64,000 nt of DNA, from assembly GCF_001194135.2 (NCBI RefSeq), contig NC_068983.1, forward strand, positions 99,594,932-99,658,931, given 5' to 3'. Of this stretch, positions 48,701 to 62,379 are shown piece by piece. The notes under the pieces are model-generated. The model saw only the letters and a program-made list of their open reading frames with translations. It ran no database searches and was not told the DNA's origin. Source of the DNA: Octopus bimaculoides. Taxonomy: Eukaryota. The stretch's first letter is position 1. Each line of letters opens with the position of its first letter. A program made the position numbers and the translations under genes.

Positions 48701-50780
48701 AATGAAAAAGTAAGCTGACACAGTTTGTGAATCATGATATTGTAAGAGAGTGGGCAAGTTCTTAATATTTCAACACTATACAGATATGTGTTGAGTAATT
48801 TCTTTTTTAAGTCTTATAAAACATACAAATGAAGATTAGCTCTTTGAAACATATTTATATCAAAGGTAGTCTGCATTATATTCTGGATTAAGGTTCAAAA
48901 AGAAACTTGTCTAAAAGGAATGAGTAGGAATTGAAAGATTCCTTTGTCAGTGTCAGCTTCTAAACAGAATTAGCAAATGGACTAACAAATAGAAACTCAT
49001 ATATAATAAATGACAGCAACTGAATACAAATTAGCAACCAGGTATGGAAATGCCACTTTGAGAGATTACAAAGCAAGAAGTGGTGCTTAAGTAGAAAAGT
49101 GTTCATGCCTTACCTACACAATCCAAAAAGAATAAAAGAACTATTTAATACTGCACATCTAATGTTGCTACTTTAAAATGATGCTTGATGTTATTTCTAG
49201 ATGAAAGCAAATTATTCACTTGTTAACTATGATTCCATTTCAACATTGAACAATTATCAAATCCCTGATCAGGAATAATTGAGATGATGAAAATGCCAGG
49301 ATGAGTTCTTGCTACATCAAGCAATAACTTAGTTAATCAGATTGTGTAGGAAAAAAATTATCCATGATAACTAACAGAACAGAAAAAGCCATAGTAAAGT
49401 TGAACAAGATGCAGTTTGATTATGCACCTGGATGTTATATTTCTGATGTAACATTGGGAAATTTTTTGCTTTTTGATGTCATCTAAGCAATGAGTTAGAT
49501 ATGAAGGATTGGTTTGTTCAATGCATGAAAAAAGCTTAAAATAGTGCTAAGATTAACAGTAAGCTCAGGGAACAATAAAGTACAACAATGTTCTGCTCTT
49601 AGCTCTCTTCTCTTCCTTCTGATTCCTGTAGCAAACTCAAAGAAGTCCAAGATTAAATGTCCCTAAAGTACCTAGTTAATATTATCTTATGACAAAACAA
49701 ACTAGAGTTTTGATGACAGGCTAAGAATTACTCAGATTAAAACTTTTGAAGAAAAAAAATGCTAAGTTATAACATTTATGTCTTTACTGATCTCACTGAA
49801 AGCTTACCCACTCTCATTACAAATTAACACTACTGTTACACGAAATGAATGACCAATGTTAACAACAAGATGTCAAACAAAAATTAAAACTACTGTATTG
49901 AACACAAATCAACCAAATTACAACAGATCTAAGCACAGATATCAAGTACAGTTTCCTTGGATATCATCAGAAATATTGAAGTCCTGTCCTAAAATTAAGT
50001 TAGTAATTTATAAAATTAGTGTTTGATGAAAATATTTTCAATTTCATTTTAGGCCGTTTTATTTGCCTGACACCATGAAGAAATAAGTTCAAGTGGTAAT
50101 GTTTTACATAGGAGAACTTTTCTAGCAAACATCCTGGCTTACTTCATTTTTTGTTGGTATTTCAAAGCTTTACAAGTCCACATTTCTAATATATGCATCA
50201 TACAAATCTAAACAGAGTTGGGAGTCAATCATTATTGAATCATATTGTTTTGTGCTCCAAATTTCTGTATTTTCTACACTCATTTTTTTATGTAGAGAAC
50301 AGAAACCATAAGTAACTTTTCAAACTTTAAAACTAAAACCAGAAAGACAAAACACAAGATATAGCTAATTAGTACAAGTAAACAGATCATATCAATTTTG
50401 ACTACGATAACAATATCTTCTACACTATGATATTTTGACAGATATTTAACGGTTTTTCAACATAATGGAAGAGAATGAACTGAATTCTATGAGAACTTTT
50501 AAATGCAAATGACCTGGTTCTCATTAAAGAATCAGTCAAAGAACTACAGAAGGAATCTGAAGTTTAATACAATTGAGTCAAGGAGATTTATGTGTAAAAT
50601 AGCTATAACAAAATTGAACATCTTTAATAATAGCTATAACTAATAAAATAAGCATTAAATAGGTTAAGCACTAACAATGTGCCTATGTCAGTTAAACTCA
50701 TCATCTTTGAAATTAAAATTTACACTAGAATTAAACATTCTAAGTGGTCCATATATTTAATAAATTCTTCCCAAACTTAC

Positions 50781-50923
50781 TTTCTCCATCCTATGAGAGG
50801 TTTCTGTCTTTCTATTTCAGTTTGAAAAAGAAGAGACAAAGAAGCCAAACTCCAAGCAAGCAGCAAAAGAATTCCTGCAATGAGGATCCGTATAGGTGCA
50901 ATGGTGAAAGACATCACTCCAAT
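50781..50923 (-). CDS. LPCAT: LPCAT-like exon A (143 nt), transmembrane segment: IGVMSFTIAPIRILIAGILLLLAWSLASLSLLFQTEIERQKPLIGWR
   Basis: ctaattctatttcAG|ATT GGA ... TGG AGA AA|GTaagt. Matches the LPCAT exon-2 pattern (PxRxL...LLAWPLA...PLxGWR). Phase 2 donor fits both B1 and B2. Confidence 0.92.
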
Positions 50924-51004
50924 CTGAAATAGAATTAGAAAATGTAAATACCATGAATAAACTACTATCAATATTCTGATAAACAAAATAAAAACAATTT
51001 ATTA

Positions 51005-51810
51005 CAGGTGTGGCTGTGTGTTAAGAAGTTTGTTTCTCAATCACATGGTTCCAGGTTCAGTCTCACTAAAAGACACTCTGGGCAAGTGTCTTGCACTATT
51101 GTTCTGGTCCAACCAAAGCTTTGTGAGTGGATTTGGTAGACAGAAACTGTAAGCCGCCTATCATATATATCCTCATCACCAACATTGTTTAATGTCCACC
51201 TTCCATGCTGGCATGGGCTGGATAGTTTGACATGAAGCTGGCTAGCAGGAAGCTGTCCAGATTCCAGTTGTCTGTTGTGGCATAGTTACTACAGCTGGAT
51301 GCCCTTCCTAATGCCAACTAATTAATTAACAGTGTGCTGAGTGCTTTTCACATGCCACTGGTGTGAATGCGTTTACGCAGCACCAGCACAGGTGCTTTTT
51401 ATGTGGCACCTGAAAGGACAAGCCTGTATATGTGGAAGACAACAATGATTTTACTTAGCTTGACATGTCTTATCAAGTACAGCAAACTGCTACATCTCCA
51501 GGTCCCTTGTCATTTCCTCAGTGAGGCCCAGCATCCAAGGATCCTTTCTCACAAACTTGTCCCACATCTTCCTGGGTCTACTCCTTCCACAGATATCCTC
51601 CGCTACTAGAACTTGGCACTTCTTTATGCAGCTGTCCTCATATATATGTGCATGTGTGTATGTATAGATCTATGTGAGTGTGTATTTGTCCCCCCACCCT
51701 GCCAGTCACTTGACAACTTGTGTTGGTTTGTTTATGTCCTCATAACTTAGTGACACGGCAAAAGAGAATAGAATAAGTACCAGGCTTAAAATGAAAAATA
51801 AGTTGTGCAA
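51005..51810 (+). mobile_element. SINE family B split by a minus-strand RTE 3' fragment (about 51170-51630)
   Basis: Head 51005-51165 and tail 51650-51810, with an RTE tail/UTR between them. Confidence 0.7.
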
Positions 51811-53324
51811 CTTGACAACGGAGAGGGGTCAAACAATGAATTCAATTGTATAATAAACAAATTATTAAATAACAGATGCTGTAATTCAGGATGTTTTAAA
51901 TTAGTCAGGGTATTTTCAACTACAACAGGTTCCAATGAGATTTGAAAAACAATGCAAATTATGGATGAAAACTCAAACTATCTTATTTATTAATTCCTAA
52001 ATGAATTTATTTATAAAAAGAGAGGGAGTGGATTTCAACTTGACAAAAAAAATTATTCCAAGGAATTTTAACAATAAAATGTTTGGCACTGTGAGGTGAG
52101 GTTAGTTGTGTGTGTGTGTGTGCAGGAGAGAGAGAGAGAGAGAGAGAGAAAGGGGTATTAAAAAATATATTTTTTAAATTTAAAAATTGAAATTTGAATT
52201 TGGGTTCAAATGAATAAAAATAATTTGTTCTTTATTATTTTTTATTAAAATTCAAATTCTTCCGTATCTGTTTTATTAAGCTCATGAAATCATTTCAGTT
52301 TTGTAACTTAGAATATTAAACTAAAACAGAAATAAAGTGGAAAAATCCTCAAAAAAGATATAACTAATTAAATTTTCTTGACCAATATCAGTAGCAGAAT
52401 GGAAATCTAAAGCACTTTACTGACCCTCCCTGTATACATAACTACTGCATTTATAGAAACTACAAGTCACATACACACACACACACACACACAATCCTGG
52501 AAGCTGACATTTTGTTGACTATACAGCTTTGGCATCTTTGAGAAGTCAAATTCAAGTGTAAATTACTTCCAATCTATTCAAATCTATTTCAACTTTGTAT
52601 AATATTTACTTCAGCACTTTATAAATTAGTCTGTTCACAAAGGTCAGACAAAACTAAGTTCAGGTTGCACATTTCCAGTATTACCCTGTAAAAATGTTTG
52701 TCTGATTTCATACTTTGATTTTATGCCAGTAAGAGCAGAGCTTATACTGTTAATAACTGATAATGAAGGTTGACTTCCTAAATAACCCTTGTTACTTAAT
52801 TAGTAGCGCAATAGATGAAAGAGAAAAAAAAAAAAAAAAAAAAAAAAAATCAAGAGAATTATTTCAACCTAGGAAGAAAATGAATTATCATAAAATGTGA
52901 CATACAAGTCATCTTTTTAATCTAAAAATATCAAGGACCCAACTTACTGAGTGAGGTAAACATGTGGAGCAGATATAACAACTACTATGCACACTCTCAC
53001 TCCAGCAAGTTGCCACATATTTTCACTTGAAGCTTGAATTCAGTGAACTTAATTTATTTAATACTAGATTAACAGTGGCATAAGATAATAAAAAGCAGTA
53101 TATATCTACAAAAAGGCACTTGCTGTTTTCAACTATAGCACAATAATGAATTCGTGACAGCACAATAATGACTGATGGGTGTCACAGAAAATATTATTTA
53201 CTATAACATTTAGTTAATGGGCAAGAATCATGTTTCATATATGGTTGATGTAGCATAATTTTGACCTACAGAGAAAAATAATATATAATAAATTGGAGCT
53301 ATAGCAAGTCGATGATAAATAATT

Positions 53325-53540
53325 ATTTCTAATTTTGGCATAAGGTTAGCAATTTTAAGGGAAGGAGTTCTTCGAGTACATTAATACCAGTGCTCAGCTG
53401 GTACTTAATTTTATTGACCTCAAAAGAATGAAAGGCAAAGTCTACCTCAGTAGAACTTGAACCCAGAACTTGAAGAAGGACAAAATGCTGCTAAGATTTT
53501 TATCCCGCATGCTAACAATTCTGCCAGCTTGCTGCCTTAG
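53325..53540 (-). mobile_element. SINE family C (tRNA-like head + GACTTTGCCTTTCAT..GGTCAATAAAATTAAGTACCAG central domain)
   Basis: Similar degenerate pieces at about 31300-31440, 38230-38340, 58980-59110 and 60520-60620. The domain resembles, from memory, conserved deep-metazoan SINE central domains. Confidence 0.55.
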
Positions 53541-56500
53541 TTTAATGATAAATAACAGCAGTGAATTAAATGTAAGCACTGACATTATGGCATTCTTTTG
53601 AACAGCTCTAAAAACATTTGATGCTAACTGAAATTAAACTTAACAAGTACTGCAATTCTAAAACCATAACTCAGAAATATTTAACAAATTTTAATTCCAA
53701 GGTTAATTATGCTTAAAAAAAAAAAGATATATTTTATTGATAATAAATAAAATGAAAAATTAAATTTTAAAATCCTCCAAAGTATAGTCATCAATATTGC
53801 TCATCTGGTGTAACGAAATCAGCATATGGATCTTAATCCCTGGAAGTTTCTATTTCTTTGGAAATTTTCGTTACTCTCTTCTTCATGATTTTCTTTTCAC
53901 AACAAACTGCCTTCTCCTACATTCATTGTCTTTGGAATGCCACACTTTAAAAAACGATTTGATGACAGTTTCAACATGTACACCAGCTGAAAATTATATC
54001 TCAAAAATCAAACACATCTAATAGTGAAGCATACATATTACACTCTCCATGAATGGTTTTTCTCTCTTAACCATCTACTTGTTCCCCTCCACATGAATAT
54101 TGTTTCTAAAAGGTATATTTGAGAAGCTAACACAAATATTAATCTCATGAAAATTACTGCAGTTATAGTATTGCTTCATTATAGTTGCTTTTTGACATTG
54201 CTTCATAAGTGGAATCCAAACATTGTCCCAAAGCAACAAGTTTTTCCCTTTGTTAAACCACATTTTCAATTTATAGATGTACCCCCAGCTTCATCCATTC
54301 TTATAAATACGAACAAAAACACCTGGAAAAAACTTGATATATAGCAAAGCTTTTCATTTATGATAAACTTTGGCAATTTAGAGAAATTCAGTGAATATTT
54401 AAGTCAATGTTAAAGTCTCTTACCACTAAGCATACAGATAAGTATCACAGAAAGAACAGAAGTGCTCACTGTTTCTTTTGAAAATTTAAAAACCTGAAAG
54501 AAAGGTCATCTAAAAACATGAGGAAAAGAACACTTAAAAGGAAAGTGTCATTTATCTTACACTAGAAGTAAATAGTACAACAGGTTGGACAATGAGTGCA
54601 ATTGTAGAAAATTTGTGCATAACTTCTTCACCCTGATAAGATGCAGATGCACAGGAAGGGACTCTTTTAAAAGTTTGATTTGTTTCAGAATTCAGAATTC
54701 CACTCCAACTTTTCTAGCAGAAACTAATGCATGATTTTCAACTTGAAGAACAGATTCATAGGCCTGAGAATTTTGCATGTCTATTTCCAAAGCCTGATTT
54801 ATGAGTGAAGACAGAGTTAAGAGTTTTGTTTTCCAAGCAGAAGAAATTTCTATATTCCACGAATCACAAATATATTTTTCAGTATGTATCAGCCATGACG
54901 CTTTTAATGTTACAGTCTGAGTTTCTGAACAGACTCAACCGACTTCATGGTCGATTATTTATGATTAGTGAGCTGATGTTGTGCTACAACTTCTGTGGCA
55001 GGCAGAATGAAAGTATCTTTAAAAGTAGTTCAAGTATCATAACAGGTAGTGCAATAATTTCAAAATTTTCTGGTGAAACAGGAATTTACTAGGATTGTCA
55101 GATAAGAGTCACGAGCTCCTTTGACTGCATAACACACAAAGAGAAACGGTTAATACCTTTAAGGTGTGTTAAAACCCAGAGGATGGGGTGCTATCACATT
55201 CCATCCTGATGACTGTACCATTTAGTAAATCAAACTGAAATCTGAATAACCCAAGATAAATGTTGACTTAAATTTAGCTTTAATTCACTAAAGGTCCCAC
55301 TGGCATCTACAGGCAGAATTGTAGAGACAGAGAGAGTAGTATACAGGAGTATTTATAGCACCAATAACAAGTGGTAATTGTAAAATATTGTTGCAATCCA
55401 ATAACCATTACATTTACATAAAAGTATTTCAACAACACATTGTAACCACTAACCCACTATTCTGCTGTTCCTTTCTTTGTCACCTCCTCCATTAAACTAT
55501 TATAACAGTTTGGGCTCTTCTCCTCCTCTTATCTATACTTCCTCAGTTCACACATACACAAAGTCCACATTAAACAATTTTCATAATCTTTCCTTCCCAG
55601 AAATGCAATCATTTAGAACTTTCCCCATGCCCACAAATGACCTCACCAATGAAGAAAGCTAATCGTGACATCAGTGCCTGTTCTGATACTAATTTTCTAT
55701 ATATTACTGGTTGAGGGATGAGTCACAGCTTCCTCTAGTAGTTGAGTGTCCATTATTGATGAAACCAAGGAAGGTCAAAATCACATGACCTGGTGGTTTT
55801 GGCACTGGAGTCAGTGGGAATTTATCTCCCTGCCAGTGATATAAACAAGTATGCATTTCACACCAAAAGCCTATATGAGAGTTTCTTTCATGGTATCTAC
55901 TGCAGTAAAATTTGTTCTAACAGAACATCTATGTTTACTAATACTATCTCAGTATTCTTCTGTGGCTAATATATATTATTTATTAATCAAGAAGGCTTTC
56001 AATGACTATAAGCACTGCTCTCCACTTGAATTAAACACAAAATATTGGGATACTGTGAAGAAAAAAAAATCTCTCACATGATCAAATGTGAACGTCAAAA
56101 TGAGATGAATGGGGCCCAAGACTTCTTCTGATCACACAATTGAAGGACTTGAACTTCAAACAAAATACTCAACTGCTCAGTACTGTTGCACCTAGGTGAG
56201 CTGAATAGTAAAGATTTGAGTATATCAGCCACTGACACTGTGCAACAGTTGTGACAAGATATAACCCACTATCAGGATACCAGACAACGATTTAACAGCT
56301 GGTTGACTGATATCTTATTAAATGGACCAGCAGTGGCTCTACTGAAATATTTGAGAAAGAGAAAATATAAGAAAACAATTTATTTATTTGAGATAGTTTC
56401 TCACTACTGGAATAACTATTTGTTAGATGTACTTCAACTGAAAAGAATGGATCCTGTTGCCAGACAAGCAGAACTATGCTCAGGGAGAAAGCAACAGCTG

Positions 56501-56559
56501 CTCTAAGCTTTGAACTTATAACCTAGTTATCAATATAGACAAGTTAGTTTCAACAGTGT

Positions 56560-57010
56560 CATGCCATTTGCTACAGTCCTTCCGACATTTTCAACTTCTA
56601 CAAGCTTTTTCCACTTATATCACTTGACAATCCTTCACCCAGCTGTTATCCTTCATAAACATCATAAGTCTGTGCAAATACAGTATTCTCTCTTGCACAC
56701 TGTAGCCGATGCTTCTTATACTCATTTCTTCCCCACACACACACTTTACTCATTGTGCTCCATCATTCATGTGTGCTATCATTATATATCCAGCAGAGCA
56801 CACTTAGCTCATTTCTTTCTGGTCTTCATATGTCTTTCATCTTCAGTAACCATATAGCTGAACCATGAAATACTAGACTTTATACACTAGTATCATACAG
56901 CCTGTTCCTTCACGGGATTAGAAAAGCCCTTTGCTGTTAACAGAAGTAATTCCTCTCTAAGCTATTGCCAACACATCCTGACACTGGTTACTATGTTTTC
57001 ACAACACTAA
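56560..57010 (-). mobile_element. Old RTE LINE fragment
   Basis: Degenerate reverse match to the 34750-35150 RT C-terminal region. Confidence 0.55.
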
Positions 57011-59938
57011 CCATCACTGCTGATCATAAGCTATTAAGCTTTTCGAACAATTGAGAAACTCCATTTCTTGGATTTCTCTTTTTACTAGCAGCTCACATGA
57101 AGCTATTTGAAATACTTCTCTATAAGCCTACCAAAGTTCTCACTGCACGTTCTCTGCCACCAATGTTTGCACTGGATACACAGTATAGATTTCTAACTTG
57201 TTCTCTTTTGGGATATCAAATATGATGGCTTTCTTATTTTATAGTAATTGTTTTTCTGAAAATCATTAACAAGTTATTTATTGCAAAATATTGAAAATTT
57301 GATTTAGCTTTTGAACAGCAATTTATGCACAATGTAAGCAAAAGCAAAATTACTCATCTTTTGAGCAGGCCACCCAAACATTGTATCTTACATGGGAAAC
57401 CATAGGATTTGAAAGAGAAAAGCCATAGATTAAAAGTTTTAAAACTGAACTTATAAACCTAGCCTAAGATTATTTTAGCATATAAATATTTTGGCAAATG
57501 GAGCTAACGACAATTTAAACTAAGAAACCATGTACCTATTCTTCACAGTAATGGTTACTTATCATAGTAAATTTAGTAGTAATGTCTAGTGACCATCATT
57601 CAAGAAAAATGAAGACCTGATCAAAGCAGTCTTGTAAAAAACTAATAACATTCATTAATAACTGGATTCAAAGATACTGTTGATTAATCAAAGTGTACTA
57701 GCTCCCATAAAAATACAGTCACAGATTATATTGTGAACTGCTTCATCTCAATCCAAGTAATATAAAAATATCATAACTACAAGTAATGTATTTTGTAATT
57801 TCTAGAATAAGCTCCCCAATGATAGGCAATCCCTGAACATATTTGTAATCAATCTTAATCCACATGAATAGGAGTGCATGTTGGCATGCTTAAGTAAACA
57901 TCCACTGGTTTAAACAATTGTTCAGGATCCTGGGATAGTCATGAGAAGAAAGTTAACTACTGGGAATGCAACAGATCTCTTAGTAAATTCTCTTATCTCA
58001 GTCAATCCCAGTTCTCCGATGAATGTTCAGTATTAGCAAAGGCATCCTGTTTTTATTTTCTTACTTTCTTTTAACACATTCTTAATATAATCAGAACCAT
58101 CTAACCTGACAATATGAATACATCAAATGTTCTAATTTCTCAACTATATACAATATTGCTTACTACTCTTCTTTACAATAGATAATATCTACTGCTGTAG
58201 TTCATCTTTCTGTAAGTTGTTTGAAGTTATATGGACTTGATAGATACTAAGTGGTTTTGTTAAGATCATTATTGAAAGTTGTACAGCTGCTATCACTTTA
58301 GTGTTATTAAGTTATCTTCAAGAAGTTCTTCAACTGATAAAGTCATTAAAGTGGCTTACTTATGTTTGTGTAAAAAGCTGATTTACATTTTTGTTTTATG
58401 TATTTAACAAGACTTTTCTGTCCCCCCCCCTCCCACCTTTTATTATTTAAACAATATACTTAGGCTTAGTATTTTTATTTTTATTTTATTTTTTCCATGC
58501 TTTAAGTTCACAAAGAGAATCAAATGATCTGGAAATAGAAATTCTTTCAGAAAAAATATGTTGAAAGCTACTGTTTTATTTAATGGGATTAAACTGAGAG
58601 TCTCAAAGAACATCTGACAGAATTTTAAACTCATTGTTGCATTTATTAGGAGTGTGTCACCTTCATGACAATTATTCATAAATGTCATAAATTTTACAAA
58701 CATCACATGCCAAATTCATTATTTTGCAATCTCATATCATTTTTTTTTTTTTTTTAACTGTTCCATGCTGTACAACACTTTGGTTCATCAACACTCACTA
58801 TGCATCATCGTTTCTTTGGGCAATTTTGCAGCCTACAAGATGAGAAGTTACTAACCCCTGAATTCAATACTCTTCCATTTCTGGAGAAAAGAACATTATG
58901 AGTAGCTTCCTTAGATCCTCTCACAGTACAGTGTAGCTAATTGTGAGAAAAAGAGAAACAACAACAAAATAACCAACCCTGATACTTGACTTGTATTTTA
59001 TCGACATATGGAGGATGAAAGACAAAACTAACCACAACAGGATTTGAACTCAAAATGCAAAGAACTGGAACACTTACTAGAAAACATTTGTACAACATTT
59101 AAAGTGTTCTGCAAACAATTTTTATTAATCCAGTACAAACACCACATATCATATGATGTATCTTAACAATGCTTTCCCCTAGTTTTGATTGTCCAATCCT
59201 CATTACTTAATCTGTCAACAGTTACTCCTCTCTCATTCATAAATCTAGTCCATAAAGTAAATGATAATAATACAAATACACTAGTTAAGATTACTATTAT
59301 TCTGAATATATTCTTTAAGTTATTCCAAAGTACTTACAAATATCTCCAACATTACTGCAACTAATAAATTTCAATAAAGCATTAACTGTTTGCAGGGCTA
59401 TTCAGACAGCCTTGCAGTTAATGTTTCATGCCTCTTAACTAATTCTCAAAAATCTTTATAATTCTGTTCACTTTTTTCCTGAAGCTATCATTACAATTGT
59501 TTGAAGTAAATTTTATACTTTCCAAAACACACTTCTATTAATTTAGTTCTATATTAATATTTCATCATTATGTAACATAGTGTCTATTTGAGATTTTGCT
59601 CCACCCACATATAAACTGATCTTTAATTATAAACAGTTAGTCTCTCAAGATAGATCAGCTGTTCTTTCAAGGTCACATATTTTTGTAAACATGGAAATAG
59701 ACCCTCACAAAGGTCATTTTCTAAAACTTACCATAACTAACTAGTCTATACCTTTCTTTATTATCATAAGCATAAAGCACAACAACTTAGTGTTATGTAG
59801 GAAACAAATTTCTAAATTATATTATGATTTCACAAATAATCAATGGAAATTCTTAAGAGAAAATATTGGTTTGGTTTAATAGAGCCTTGGGTTTTATAAA
59901 CAAAGATTTGATTAAATATTTTTTGACATTTCTGTTAA

Positions 59939-60159
59939 CCCTTTTGTTACCAGCCTGCCTGAGACTGCCCCTGGTTCTAGGACACAAACATCCTGTTTTA
60001 AAGTGATCTAAATTAAAATCTTCCATCAAAATTTCCTGCTATTTAACTTCTCAGTACCAACTTAATAATGACAAAATTATTTTACTAAATTCTTAATTAT
60101 TTTAAAAATTAATTGAAACAAAGGGAGTATATTTCAACAGAAGTAGGGTAATGAAAGGG
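59939..60159. mobile_element. Second piggyBac-like MITE family
   Basis: TTAA|CCCTTTTGTTACC ... GGTAATGAAAGGG. Internal sequence differs from the 1756 family. Confidence 0.55.
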
Positions 60160-60233
60160 TTTCTACTTTTGCAGTCATATTAACTTGCTTCATAAGCAAG
60201 CAATCTGGAAATTTGATATGAAGTTTTTATTTT

Positions 60234-60265
<32 letters not shown>

Positions 60266-60664
60266 CAAATAATATTTCAACCATCTGTGATTCTGAAAGC
60301 CCAATGAAAATGAGTTGTATTGAATTTAATTAAATCTCCCTTTGAGAATGGCTTTGCTGATAATATGATTCTGGTGTCCAGGAGAATAATAAAAAAAAAA
60401 GTGATGAAATTACATAAAAGATCATTTACTTACTCTTTAAATGTTGATGATATTGCTAATGATATTATTAGTATTGATAATACAGTAGTTGTTAATGGTA
60501 CTTTTGATAGTATTTAGCTGTCCTTCTAGGTCCTAAGTGCAAATCCCATTATGGTTAACTTAACATTTTATCCTTCAAAGGTTGATTAAATAAATGTCAG
60601 TAATATAGGTACCTATTATCAACAGCTATTAAAACATGGGTGTGATAAAAGGCACAGGCATAAA

Positions 60665-61082
60665 TGTGTGATAAGAAGCTTGCTTCCTAACCACATTTTA
60701 GGCTCAGTCCTACTGCATGGCACCTTAGGCTTTCTTCAATTATAGTCCTGAGCCAACCAAAGTCTTATGAGAGGATTTCATAGATGGAAACTGAAAGAAG
60801 CCCATCATGTATGTGAGAGTGTGTGTGTATACATACATACATACATACATAATACAGACATACATACACATACACACGTTTGTATCTGTGTGCTTACCAC
60901 ACAACACCACCACTGCTTGAGAACCAGTGTTGGTTTCTCTATGTCCTGCTAACTTAGCAGTTCAGCAAAAGAGATTGATAGAATAAGCACTAAGCTTTTA
61001 AATAAGTACTGGGGCAATTTGTTCAAGGTAGTGCCCCAGCATGGCTGCAGCCCGATAATTGAAACAAGTAAATGATTAAAGA
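60665..61082 (+). mobile_element. SINE family B, full length
   Basis: Head, (ACAT)n-type internal microsatellite, and tail ending GAAACAAGTAAA. Confidence 0.75.
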
Positions 61083-62379
61083 TAATGTGCTGAGCTCAAT
61101 TAGATGCATCTCTCTCTCAAATGTGTGGTCATGTATCAATATACGAAATCATAATTATCTTAAAGTACTGGATGGCAGATTTTGTAAATTACTAAGAAAA
61201 TGCTGTGTTATATAATTATGTGTGTCCTTTTATATTCTGAGCTCAAATCTGTTAGGATCAACATTGGTTGGCAAATATATAGCAATGTAATGTAGAGTAA
61301 CTATTTTCCTACACCAACCAATGTACAACCTTGTACAGTTACTTAGTGAAGCTTTCATCACTACTTCGGCAAGCATGGTGAAAACTAATACTGTGTTGAT
61401 GAAGTATATGACCAAAACATGTACTTCAAAATAATATTAGCCATTAACTAATATTTTTTCCTCACTGCATAATTATTTTTAGTTAATACTAACTAGTTTC
61501 ATTAAACATGTTAACACCAACATAATTATTGTTTTCATGTCTATGCAGTGTTGCTTTCAACTGTAAGTTTTTGATGTAGACTATTTCTCTCTAAACCCGA
61601 CATCTTCCTTCTTACACTGAATTACCATTCTTCTTAAACAAGGAACCATTAATTATATGTCCAAGTCCTTTTTGATAGATCATAGATTGGTCTCATATAA
61701 TTGAACTAAGATTTCTATTATCAAATACTTTTCTCAGACACACTCAAGCTCTCCTTCAATTAACATTATAGATCTAGCTAAAATACCTCACATCTCTTTA
61801 GACTGAGTTCTTCCATACTATATTGCTATATCTAGATTACAACAGAAATAGAAATTATCTCTTATTACAATATCACTGGTTCTACTGTTGAGAATGGTTA
61901 AGCCAGTTATGTAATAGAAATCATACCTCTCATAACCTTTAGCTATAAGGGATATTCAATAGTAACCATAACTCTACCATTTAAAAGCTATGTATTCTTC
62001 TCTGCTCTTCTTTTTCTGAAGAAAATTGCAAATGGGGATTAACATTTTTATTTGACAATCTTCTTTAGTAAGCATTTTCATTTACAATAATTTCACTATG
62101 GCTACTTTATATAAATAATAGAGCCTATTTACAATGAATCTATTGTTTTTAGAACTCTTTAAACTCTGATCAGATTTGAACTCAGAATGTAAAATGACAA
62201 ATATAATCGTATGTCATATATCATATGGCATTTTCTTAGTAATTTACCAAATCTGCCACCCAGTACTTTACTGATCACATATTTTACAAATATTAAAGGG
62301 GTGAAATAAATTTTAGGATTTTTACATATCTGTCTGACTACTAAGTTGTATCAGTTATCAACACTAACACATACCCTGC

